A stretch of 64,000 bases of DNA from Acidimicrobiia bacterium. GTDB lineage: Bacteria > Actinomycetota > Acidimicrobiia > Acidimicrobiales > VFJN01. The DNA is taken from NCBI GenBank assembly GCA_047459075.1, contig VSCH01000014.1:4833-68832 (forward strand), written 5' to 3'. Positions 56,603 to 64,000 of the stretch are shown in pieces. The translations under genes and the position numbers were made by a program. Every line of letters starts with the position of its first letter. The stretch's first letter is position 1. Below the pieces are notes generated by a model, which was not told the origin of the DNA, searched no databases, and was given only the letters and a program-made list of their open reading frames with translations.

Positions 56603-57117
56603 GCGCCGCGCTCCCCGCCGAGAGGAGCGCCCCACCGCCACGCCGGAGCCGGCGCCCGCGGCTCGTGCCCGGGCGCCGGCCCGGCGGGCACCGCCGGAGG
56701 TGGCCCGGGAGGGGCCGGGCCGGGGCGCCCCGGCCGGGCGGACCGGGGGCGGCCGGGGACGCCGGCCAGGCCACGGTCGAGCTGGCCCTCCTGCTGCCGT
56801 TCGTGGCGCTCCTGCTGCTCGTGCTCGTGCAGGCGGTCGTGGTGGCGCGCGACCAGGTGCTCGTGGCCCACGCCGCCCGCGAGGCGGTGCGGGCGGCGGC
56901 GGTCGACCCCGACCCGGACGCGGCCCGGCGCGCCGCCGAGCAGGCCGGGCCGCTCGACCCCGACCGCCTGGAGGTCGAGGTCACCGGCCGCGGCGAGGTC
57001 GGCAGCCGGGTCCGGGCGCGGGTCCGCTACACGGCGGGCACCCGGCTCCCCCTGGTGGGCCGGGCGCTGGACGGCGTCGTGCTCACCGGCACGGCGACCA
57101 TGCGGGTCGAGCGGTGA
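56599..57117 (+). CDS. TadE-like pseudopilin-type protein
   Basis: GTGA overlap. GQATVELALLLPFVALLLLVLVQAVVV follows an Arg-rich N-terminus. The exact start is uncertain. Confidence 0.65.
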   Translation: MSAALPAERSAPPPRRSRRPRLVPGRRPGGHRRRWPGRGRAGAPRPGGPGAAGDAGQATVELALLLPFVALLLLVLVQAVVVARDQVLVAHAAREAVRAAAVDPDPDAARRAAEQAGPLDPDRLEVEVTGRGEVGSRVRARVRYTAGTRLPLVGRALDGVVLTGTATMRVER

Positions 57118-57128
57118 GCGGCACCGCC

Positions 57129-59492
57129 TCACACGGCGGCGGCCAGGGCCGGGTCGAGGGCCGCCCGGAGGAGGGCGAGCGCCCCCTCCTTGTCGAGCGG
57201 CTCGTTGCCGTTGCCGCACTTCGGCGACTGCACGCACGACGGGCACCCCGCCGCGCAGCCGCAGGCGGCCACCAGCTCGGCCGTGGCCCGCACGTGGCGC
57301 TCCGCCGCCTCGAACCCCAGCTCGGCCACGCCGGCGCCGCCCTGGTAGCCGTCGTAGACGACGATCGCCGGCCCGCCGATGTCGGGCTGGTGCAGGGTCG
57401 ACACGCCGCCGACGTCCCACCGGTCGCAGATCGTGAACAGGGGCAGGACACCGATGCCCGCGTGCTCGGCCGCGTGCAGCGCGCCGGGCGCCTCCCGCGG
57501 CCCGACACCCGCCGCCTCCAGCAGCCCCTCGGGCACCCGGTACCAGAAGGCGCGGGTCGTCAGCGTCGAGCGGGGCAGGTCGAGCGGGGTCACGCCCAGC
57601 GACTCGCCCGTGAGGGCGTCCTTGCGCTGGTAGCCGGTCACCTGCTGGTGCACCTCGACGCCGCCCAGGCCCACCTCCAGCCCGCCCACCCGGCGGGTGG
57701 CGTCGCAGCTCGTCACCCGGATGTCGACGGCGGTGCGGGCCACCGTGTAGGTCGTGCCGTCGTCGGGCACGACGGTGGCGCACCGCCCCTCGAGGTCCAG
57801 CTCGGTCACCCGCCACGACTGCCCGGCGTGCAGGTACGAGGCGCCGGGATGGGCCTGCTCGCAGGCCCGGGCCAGCTCGACCGTGCCCACCGCCCGGCCG
57901 TCCTCGGTCCGCAGGGTGACCTGGCCGCCGGCGCCCACCCGCAGCCCGACGCCGTGCGCGGGCCAGCCCCCGCCGGCGTACAGCGCCTGCGGGCCGCGGC
58001 CCCGCCCCCGGTGGTGGACGACCAGCTGGTCGTCGAGGACGAGCCGGCGCACGACCTCGTCGAGCAGGCCGGGCCAGTAGCGCTCGTCCTCGTGGGTCAG
58101 GGGCTTCTCGTGGGCGGCGCAGCGCAGGTGGGCGTCGGCCACGAACGGGTTGGCGGGGTTGACGACCACCGGCTCGGGCGGTCGCTCGACCAGCTCGTGG
58201 GGGTGGGCGGCGATCCACTGGTCGAGCTGGTCCGACCCGGCCACCAGCACCGCCGCCGACGGCCGCCCGGAGCGACCGGCCCGGCCGGCCTGCTGGCGGA
58301 ACGAGGCGACCGTGCCGGGGAAGCCGTTGAGCACCACTGCGTCCAGCCCGCCGACGTCGATGCCGAGCTCGAGGGCGGTCGTGGCCACGACGCCGTCGAG
58401 CCGGCCGGAGAACAGGCGCTCCTCGATCTCGCGCCGCTCCTCGGCCAGGTAGCCGCCCCGGTAGGCGGCGACGCGGCGCCGCAGGTGGGAGGGCAGCCGC
58501 CGGCGCACGTCGGCGGCGACGACCTCGGTCGCCCGCCGGCTTCGGCAGAACGCCAGCGTGGTGTGGCCCGACCGCACCAGCTCGGCGACCAGGCCGGCGG
58601 TCTCGGCGTTGGGCGACACCCGGGCGCCGGTCTTCTCGTCGAGCGGCGGCGGGTTCCACACGGCGACCAGCCGCTCGGGCCGGGGCGAGGCGTCCTCGGT
58701 CACGGCCTCGACCGGCACGCCGCACAGCGCGGAGGCCAGCCGCTCGGGCTCGCCGATGGTCGCCGAGCAACAGACGAAGGTCGGCTCCGCGCCGTAGTGG
58801 TTGGCCAGCCGCCGCAGGCGCCGCAGCAGGTGGGCGACGTGCGAGCCGAAGATCCCCCGGAACACGTGCAGCTCGTCGACGACGACGTAGCGCAGGCGGG
58901 CCAGGAAGGTCGACCACCGGTCGTGGTGGGGGAGGATGCCGCTGTGCAGCATCTCGGGGTTGGTCAGCACCGCGGTGGCGTGGCGGCGGATCCAGGCCCG
59001 CTCCTCGTTGCCGGTGTCGCCGTCGTAGGCCCCGGCCACCAGCCCCGGGAACCCGAAGCCGGTGAGCGCCCGCAGCTGGTCGTGGGCCAGCGCCTTGGTC
59101 GGGAAGAGCAGCAGGGCGGTGCCCCGCCGCACCGGGGCCGCGGCGGCCTCGGCGATGGGCACCTGGTAGCAGAGCGACTTGCCCGAGGCGGTGCCGGTGG
59201 CCACGACGACCGACCGCCCGGCCCGGGCCAGGTCGATGGCCCGGGCCTGGTGGGCCCACAGGGCGTCGACGTCGAGCCGCTCGGCGACCTCCGGGGGCAG
59301 GGGCCGCGCCAGCGTGCCGGTGCGTCCCGGCCGGGCCGGCAGCCGGTGCACGTGGACCAGCGGCGAGCCGTCGGCCCCGACGACCGCGTCCGGGTCCGGG
59401 CCCTGGTCGCCGCACAGCGCCCGGGCCCGCGCCGTCAGCGCGGACTGCAGCGACGCGAGCTGGTCGGCGGGGTCGTGGGCGACGACGGCCAT
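57129..59492 (-). CDS. DEAD/DEAH-box helicase with C-terminal DUF1998-type Cys4 domain (MrfA/'DECH' helicase type)
   Basis: Motif I ATGTASGKSL, motif II VVDELH, CSAT, motif VI QQAGRAGR, and C-terminal CGCAAGCPSCVQSPKCGNGNEPLDK. Confidence 0.9.
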   Translation of the reverse strand: MAVVAHDPADQLASLQSALTARARALCGDQGPDPDAVVGADGSPLVHVHRLPARPGRTGTLARPLPPEVAERLDVDALWAHQARAIDLARAGRSVVVATGTASGKSLCYQVPIAEAAAAPVRRGTALLLFPTKALAHDQLRALTGFGFPGLVAGAYDGDTGNEERAWIRRHATAVLTNPEMLHSGILPHHDRWSTFLARLRYVVVDELHVFRGIFGSHVAHLLRRLRRLANHYGAEPTFVCCSATIGEPERLASALCGVPVEAVTEDASPRPERLVAVWNPPPLDEKTGARVSPNAETAGLVAELVRSGHTTLAFCRSRRATEVVAADVRRRLPSHLRRRVAAYRGGYLAEERREIEERLFSGRLDGVVATTALELGIDVGGLDAVVLNGFPGTVASFRQQAGRAGRSGRPSAAVLVAGSDQLDQWIAAHPHELVERPPEPVVVNPANPFVADAHLRCAAHEKPLTHEDERYWPGLLDEVVRRLVLDDQLVVHHRGRGRGPQALYAGGGWPAHGVGLRVGAGGQVTLRTEDGRAVGTVELARACEQAHPGASYLHAGQSWRVTELDLEGRCATVVPDDGTTYTVARTAVDIRVTSCDATRRVGGLEVGLGGVEVHQQVTGYQRKDALTGESLGVTPLDLPRSTLTTRAFWYRVPEGLLEAAGVGPREAPGALHAAEHAGIGVLPLFTICDRWDVGGVSTLHQPDIGGPAIVVYDGYQGGAGVAELGFEAAERHVRATAELVAACGCAAGCPSCVQSPKCGNGNEPLDKEGALALLRAALDPALAAAV

Positions 59493-59582
59493 GCCCAGGT
59501 CAGGTTACGCCTGTGGAATTCCAGCTGTGTAGCCCCGGGAGGCGCCGACCACGCGGCGTGGGCACGATAGTGTCAGCGCGCC

Positions 59583-59921
59583 ATGCAACTGCGTACCGAG
59601 GTGTCCGAGGTCGGCGGCTGGACCGTCGTCACCGTCCACGGCGAGGTCGACGTCGCCACGGCGCCCGAGCTGCGCGAGGTCCTCGTCCGGCTCGTGGGCG
59701 AGGGGTCCGCGCACCTCGTGCTCGACCTCGACCAGGTCGACTTCCTCGACTCGACGGGCCTCGGCACCGTCATCAGCGCGCTCAAGCGCGCCCGGACGCA
59801 CGGCGGCGACCTCCGCATCGTGTGCACGCAGCCGCGCATCGCCCGCCTGTTCCAGATCACGGGCCTCGACAAGGCCCTGCCCCTCCTGCCCGACGTCGAC
59901 GCGGCCGTGGCCGGAGCGTGA
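59583..59921 (+). CDS. STAS-domain anti-sigma-factor antagonist (RsbV-like)
   Basis: VVTVHGEVDVATAPELRE...LDLDQVDFLDSTGLGTVISALK. Confidence 0.85.
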   Translation: MQLRTEVSEVGGWTVVTVHGEVDVATAPELREVLVRLVGEGSAHLVLDLDQVDFLDSTGLGTVISALKRARTHGGDLRIVCTQPRIARLFQITGLDKALPLLPDVDAAVAGA

Positions 59922-59924
59922 GGC

Positions 59925-60362
59925 ATGGCGGTCGTCGAGCTGGAGATCCCGGCCCGGCCCGCCTACCTGTCGCTCGTCCGCCTCGTCGTCGACGCCGCCA
60001 TCGGCTCGCTCGCCCCGGGCATGAGCCCGGCCCGCCTCGACGACCTCAAGATCGCGGTCTCCGAGGCCTGCTCCAACGCCATCGAGGCGCACGAGGCCGC
60101 CACCGTCCTCGAGGACCCCGTGGTGGTGCGGTGCGTGATCGAGGAGGACCAGGTCACCGTCCAGGTCGTCGACCAGGGTCGGGGCTTCGACCCCGACCGC
60201 CTCGAGGCGCTGCCCGCGGCGACCGACCCCCGCCGGCTGCGCCACGAGAGCGGCCTCGGCATCCCCCTCATGCGCACGCTGGCCGACGAGGTCGCCTTCA
60301 CGCCGGCCGACAACGGCACCACCGTCACCCTCGTCGTCTACCGGCCGGCCACCACGTCGTGA
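59925..60362 (+). CDS. anti-sigma regulatory factor, HATPase_c Ser/Thr kinase (RsbW-like)
   Basis: N box VSEACSNAIEAH, G1 VVDQGRGFD, G2 GLGIPLM. Starts 3 nt after the STAS gene. Confidence 0.85.
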   Translation: MAVVELEIPARPAYLSLVRLVVDAAIGSLAPGMSPARLDDLKIAVSEACSNAIEAHEAATVLEDPVVVRCVIEEDQVTVQVVDQGRGFDPDRLEALPAATDPRRLRHESGLGIPLMRTLADEVAFTPADNGTTVTLVVYRPATTS

Positions 60363-60383
60363 GGCGGCACCGCCCGGTGCCCG

Positions 60384-60782
60384 TCAGGGCGCGGTGCTGG
60401 TGTCGATCTCGCACTCCTCGGCCAGGAAGGTGCTGACGTTCTCGTTGGCCTCCTGCGTGTCCGCGGCGATCTGCTCGGCCCGGGCGACGTCCTCCTCGTT
60501 CGCGGGGTCCAGCGTGCTGGTCTCGCGGAGGGCGTCGATCAGCTCCTGGTAGTCGTCCGCGATCTCCTCGGGCGGCTCGAGGGCGTCGAGCTCGTCGAGG
60601 ACGACCTCGGGATCGGCGTCGACGTCGTCGGCGTAGCGCTCCTCGAGGTCCTGGAAGTCGCCGCAGAACTCCTCGGCGCCGCCGCCGGCGGCCTCGTCGG
60701 GGCCGCCGCTGTCGCTGTCGCTGCAGGCGGCTGCGCCGAGCGCGAGCGCGAGCACGGGGAGGGCCAGGGTTGAGCGTCGCAT
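60384..60782 (-). CDS. small acidic lipoprotein (paralogue A)
   Basis: ATG 60782. MRRSTLALPVLALALGAAACSD lipobox, EEFCGDFQDLE, EPPEEIADDY, and C-terminal ECEID. Confidence 0.65.
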   Translation of the reverse strand: MRRSTLALPVLALALGAAACSDSDSGGPDEAAGGGAEEFCGDFQDLEERYADDVDADPEVVLDELDALEPPEEIADDYQELIDALRETSTLDPANEEDVARAEQIAADTQEANENVSTFLAEECEIDTSTAP

Positions 60783-60918
60783 CGATGTCCCTTCTCGATC
60801 GAAGGCTCCGTGGCGCCCTGCTCGGACCCGTCCCCACGAAACCAGCGCTGGCGCGCCGTCCAGCACCCTACCCACCGCCGGTGCCGGCCCACACCGCCGG
60901 GCGCCGCGGACCGGCAGG

Positions 60919-61440
60919 TCAGCCGTCGATGCCGCAGACCTGGACGAGGTAGGCGGCCACGACCTCGCCCGAGACGGCCCACGCGTCGAGCTCCTCGGGC
61001 GGGATGTCCTCGAGCGGGTTCTCGGACGTGCTCTCGCCCATCCGGGCGAGCACCGTGTGGAGCGTCGTCCACTCCTCGGCGATCTCCTCGGGCGGCGTGA
61101 TGGCCGCCATCCGGGCGGCGTAGGCGGCGTCGCTCGCCTGCAGCTCCTCGTTCTCCGCCGCCTCGGAGTCCAGGGCCTGCACCTCGGCGCAGAACTGCTC
61201 GCTCCCCTCGCCGGTGAACTCGCGGTCGACGCCCAGCGCGTCGCCGAGCTCGTCGCCCCCGCCGGCGGCCGCCTCGTCCTCCCCCGCCGCCTCGTCGTCG
61301 GCGCCCTCGTCCGCCGCCTGCTCCTCGGCGGGCTCCTCGGCCGCCTCCCCGTCGCCGGACGACCCGCCGTCGTCGCCGCACGCGGCGGGGACCCCGACGA
61401 GCAGGGCGACGAGCAGCAACAGGAGATGACGGCGGATCAT
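60919..61440 (-). CDS. small acidic lipoprotein (paralogue B)
   Basis: MIRRHLLLLLVALLVGVPAACGD lipobox, an Asp/Glu/Ala-rich linker, EQFCAEVQALD, TPPEEIAEEW, and C-terminal VCGIDG. Confidence 0.7.
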   Translation of the reverse strand: MIRRHLLLLLVALLVGVPAACGDDGGSSGDGEAAEEPAEEQAADEGADDEAAGEDEAAAGGGDELGDALGVDREFTGEGSEQFCAEVQALDSEAAENEELQASDAAYAARMAAITPPEEIAEEWTTLHTVLARMGESTSENPLEDIPPEELDAWAVSGEVVAAYLVQVCGIDG

Positions 61441-61588
61441 GGTGCGCTCCCCCCAGCGATGGGCGCAGACGACTGCCCTTCTCGGGGGCAGAACTTAGTG
61501 CACCCTTGCTCGACGCGCCGCGCGTGAGCGAAACCCGTGCGTGGTTGCCCCCGATTCCGCCCCGGTCGCGCTGTAGCATCCGCTCCCC

Positions 61589-64000
61589 ATGGCGCCCCGA
61601 CTCCCTTCTCGTGTGGCGCGTGTGGCGGCTTCAGCAGTGCCCGACGGCGGCGGGCCGGCGCAGCTCGGCATCGTGGCTCCTGGCACGGGAGACGCCCGCG
61701 CGGTCATCGCTGCGGTCGTCGACCGCTGGTGCGACCGGGACGTGCCGGTGGTCCGTCTCTCCGGCCGGCGCCTCGAGGCCGGGCACGACTTCGGTGCGCT
61801 GGCCGACGCGGTGCCCGGCCTCGTCGACGAACCGGACGAGAGGGCCTGGCGCGCCGCCCTGCTCGACCACCTCGCGGACACCGGCGCGGCGTTGGTGGTC
61901 GACGACGCCCAGTGGCTCGACCGGGCGTCCCTGCGGGTGCTGGTGGGGGTCGCCGAACGGGCCGCCGAGCGGGGCATCGGGCTGACGGTCGCCCACCGCC
62001 CGACGCCGGGCGACGGGGAGATCGCCGCGCTCGACGCCGTCCTCGGCCGCAGCCAGCTGCTGGCCGCGCTCGGGCCCCTCGACGAGCGGGAGGTCGCGGA
62101 GACGTCCGCCATCGTGCTCGACGCCCCGGTCGACGACCGGCTGGTCGAGGCGGTCCACGACCACAGCGGGGGCATGGCCGAGCTGGTCGAGCTGGTGCTC
62201 GCCGCCTGGTCCGACAGCGGTGTGATCAGCGGGGGGCGGTTGACCGGCCCCGTCCCGCCGCCCAGCCCGTCGCTGGTGGCGGCGCTGCGGGCCCGCATCG
62301 ACGAGCTCGAGCCCGACGCCCGCACGGTGCTCGAGGCGCTCAGCGCCGGCGCCGACCTCGACGACCACCTGCTCAGCGCCACGACCGGCATCGCGCCCGA
62401 CCAGCTGGGCGGCGCCATCGACGAGCTGCGGGCCGCCGGCCTGGTGGCGCCCGACACCGGCGAGGTCATCCCGGTCGTGGCCGCGGCCAGCGACGAGCTG
62501 ACGCCGCTGGCCGACCGGCGCCGCTTCCACTCCCGGCTGGCCGAGGCGCTGGCCGAGCGGGGGGCGCCGGCCGCCCGCACCGGCGAGCACCTCGCCGCGG
62601 CCGGGGCCCAGGGCGCCGAGGCCGCGGCGGCCTTCGTCGCCGCCGGGGACGAGACGCTGGCCGAGGCCCCGGAGCTGGCGGCCGAGTGGTACGACCGGGC
62701 GGTGGCGGCCGGCACGCCGGCCACCGAGGTGGCGGCCCGCCGGGCCGAGGCGTCCGCCCTGACCGGCGACACGGTCGGCGCGCTCCGGCTGGCCGACCAG
62801 GTCGTCGCCGAGCCCGGCCACCCCGAGCGGGCCCGGGCCCTCGCCGTCGTGGCGGCGCTGCTGCCGGCGCGGGGCTTCTGGGGCCGGGCCGCCCGGGCCT
62901 ACGACGAGCTCGACGCCCTGTCCTCGTCCGGCACCGGCGAGGGCGGGGCCGCCGGCGACCGCAACGCGGCGGCTTGGCCGCTGCTCGCCGCCGTCGGCGC
63001 CCTCGTGACGGGCCAGCGCCGGCCCGTGCCCGGCGCCGCGGGCGACGGCGCCGGCGGTGACGGCGCCGAGGCCCGGTCCTCGGGCGACCGGCCGGCCGCC
63101 GGGGCCGGGGTCGAGGGCGCGGGCGCGGCCACCCCGGACGCCGCGACCGCCACGGCGACCGGCCGCGGCCCGGACGGCGACGGCGTCGCCGGGCTGGAGG
63201 TCGCCGCCCTGCGCCTCACCTGCGCCGGCCTGTCCGCCACCGTGACGCCCGACGGGGCGCAGGCCCTGCCGGCGTTCCTCGAGGCGGCCGAGCTGCTGGA
63301 GTCGGCCCACACGACGCTCGTGCTGCCGACCTCGCCCCACGCGATCGGCGCCACCGTCGCGCTCGCCCTCAACGAGCTGACGACGGCCGAGCACCTGCTC
63401 ACCCGGGCGCGCGACCACGGCATCGGCGGTCCCTCGCTGGCGCACCACCACCGCCTGGCCCTCGGCTGGGTCGCTGTGCGCAGCGGCAGGTGGGCGGCGG
63501 CCCAGGCGGCGCTCGACGAGGTGGCCGACGCGACGCTCGCTCCCCGCGAGGTGCTCATCGCCACCGCCATCGACGCGGGCCTCGCCCGCCGCTCGGGCGA
63601 CCTCACCCGCCTGCGCGAGGCCTGGAACCGGGCCGAGGGCGTGCTGCTGCGCCACCCGGCCGACCTGCTGACCCTCGACGTCGTCGGCGAGCTCGCCATC
63701 GCCGCCGCCCGGCTCGGCCTGTGGGAGCGGGTGGCGCCCAAGGCCCGGGAGCTGGGCGACGTGGTGCGTGCCCTCGGCGAGCCGCCGCTGTGGCTGCTCC
63801 CGCTGCGGTGGATCGGCCTGCAGGTGGCCCTGGCCACCGACGACCACAAGGCGGTGCGCCGCCGGGCCAAGGAGGTGGCGCAGGTCACGCCGGTGCACCC
63901 CCGGCTGACGGCGCTGGCCGACGCCGCCCACACGTGGGTGGCGATCCTCGACGGCACGGCCGAGCCCGACGCCGTCCAGGCCGCGGCCAAGGGGCTGGCG
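61589..64000 (+). CDS. large LuxR/LAL-type regulator N-terminal and TPR-like part (3' end beyond the window), P-loop degenerate
   Basis: Absent from the ORF track because it has no stop in the window. Own translation from ATG 61589: ...QLGIVAPGTGDARAVIAAV...ALVVDDAQWLDRASLRVLVGVAER..., followed by a long Ala/Leu helical repeat region. GC3 is high, and 804 in-frame codons run to the window edge. Confidence 0.65.
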   Translation, partial: MAPRLPSRVARVAASAVPDGGGPAQLGIVAPGTGDARAVIAAVVDRWCDRDVPVVRLSGRRLEAGHDFGALADAVPGLVDEPDERAWRAALLDHLADTGAALVVDDAQWLDRASLRVLVGVAERAAERGIGLTVAHRPTPGDGEIAALDAVLGRSQLLAALGPLDEREVAETSAIVLDAPVDDRLVEAVHDHSGGMAELVELVLAAWSDSGVISGGRLTGPVPPPSPSLVAALRARIDELEPDARTVLEALSAGADLDDHLLSATTGIAPDQLGGAIDELRAAGLVAPDTGEVIPVVAAASDELTPLADRRRFHSRLAEALAERGAPAARTGEHLAAAGAQGAEAAAAFVAAGDETLAEAPELAAEWYDRAVAAGTPATEVAARRAEASALTGDTVGALRLADQVVAEPGHPERARALAVVAALLPARGFWGRAARAYDELDALSSSGTGEGGAAGDRNAAAWPLLAAVGALVTGQRRPVPGAAGDGAGGDGAEARSSGDRPAAGAGVEGAGAATPDAATATATGRGPDGDGVAGLEVAALRLTCAGLSATVTPDGAQALPAFLEAAELLESAHTTLVLPTSPHAIGATVALALNELTTAEHLLTRARDHGIGGPSLAHHHRLALGWVAVRSGRWAAAQAALDEVADATLAPREVLIATAIDAGLARRSGDLTRLREAWNRAEGVLLRHPADLLTLDVVGELAIAAARLGLWERVAPKARELGDVVRALGEPPLWLLPLRWIGLQVALATDDHKAVRRRAKEVAQVTPVHPRLTALADAAHTWVAILDGTAEPDAVQAAAKGLA

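Noticed and set aside
56464-59570. 983-aa minus-strand and 956-aa plus-strand ORFs over the helicase region.
   Set aside because: The third frame (57129-59492, minus) carries all the helicase motifs. The other two are Arg/Pro/Gly shadows.
61537-63931. 507-aa plus-strand and 766-aa minus-strand ORFs listed over the right end of the window.
   Set aside because: Both are Arg/Gly/Pro-rich. The unlisted third plus-strand frame (from 61589) has LAL-type motifs, high GC3 and mixed second positions, and stays open to the window edge.

Overview
All calls come from reading the sequence and the ORF translations by eye; no homology or covariance search was run. The window is a very G+C-rich, gene-dense chromosomal segment with codon usage and gene families typical of Actinomycetota, possibly Acidimicrobiia-like (class is a guess). 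Many long Arg/Pro/Gly-rich ORFs in the track are shadow frames of real genes, so I trimmed or discarded them. I saw no transposase, integrase, phage gene, CRISPR array or rRNA, and only one tRNA (Pro-CGG). It reads as core genome rather than an accessory island.

Content from left to right:
- PCMT-like methyltransferase, EEP and PAP2 phosphatases, and a translationally coupled kynA-kynU pair.
- A family-A DNA polymerase paralogue.
- An OpuC-type betaine ABC operon.
- glsA, facing an asparagine-synthetase-like gene whose nucleophile Cys is Ser.
- A BBE-type FAD oxidase and tRNA-Pro.
- A receiver-only response regulator and a STAS protein.
- Two ArsA/Get3-like ATPases, NfeD and WhiB.
- FxsA, an MBL hydrolase and a MerR regulator.
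- An Fe-S cluster (mrp, SufR-like regulator, hesB/iscA).
- A beta-propeller protein, a fused 2Fe-2S/mini-molybdopterin protein and RidA.
- A nitrogen block: GlnR-like regulator, three glutamine synthetases of different classes, glnE and nadE.
- ECF and housekeeping-like sigma factors, and a ClC channel.
- The actinobacterial Tad-like 'helicase/secretion neighbourhood' with its DEAH-type helicase.
- An RsbV/RsbW pair, two paralogous acidic lipoproteins, and a partial LAL-type regulator.

Observations most worth following up:
- A four-site, 11-bp-phased GlnR-box-like array between two GS genes.
- The Cys1->Ser AsnB-like enzyme.
- A possible 6C-like two-hairpin sRNA in the long whiB-fxsA spacer.
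- The Tad/helicase locus, which is conserved but functionally unexplained.
- A compact fused XDH-like protein.

I did not find a clearly novel multi-gene system.
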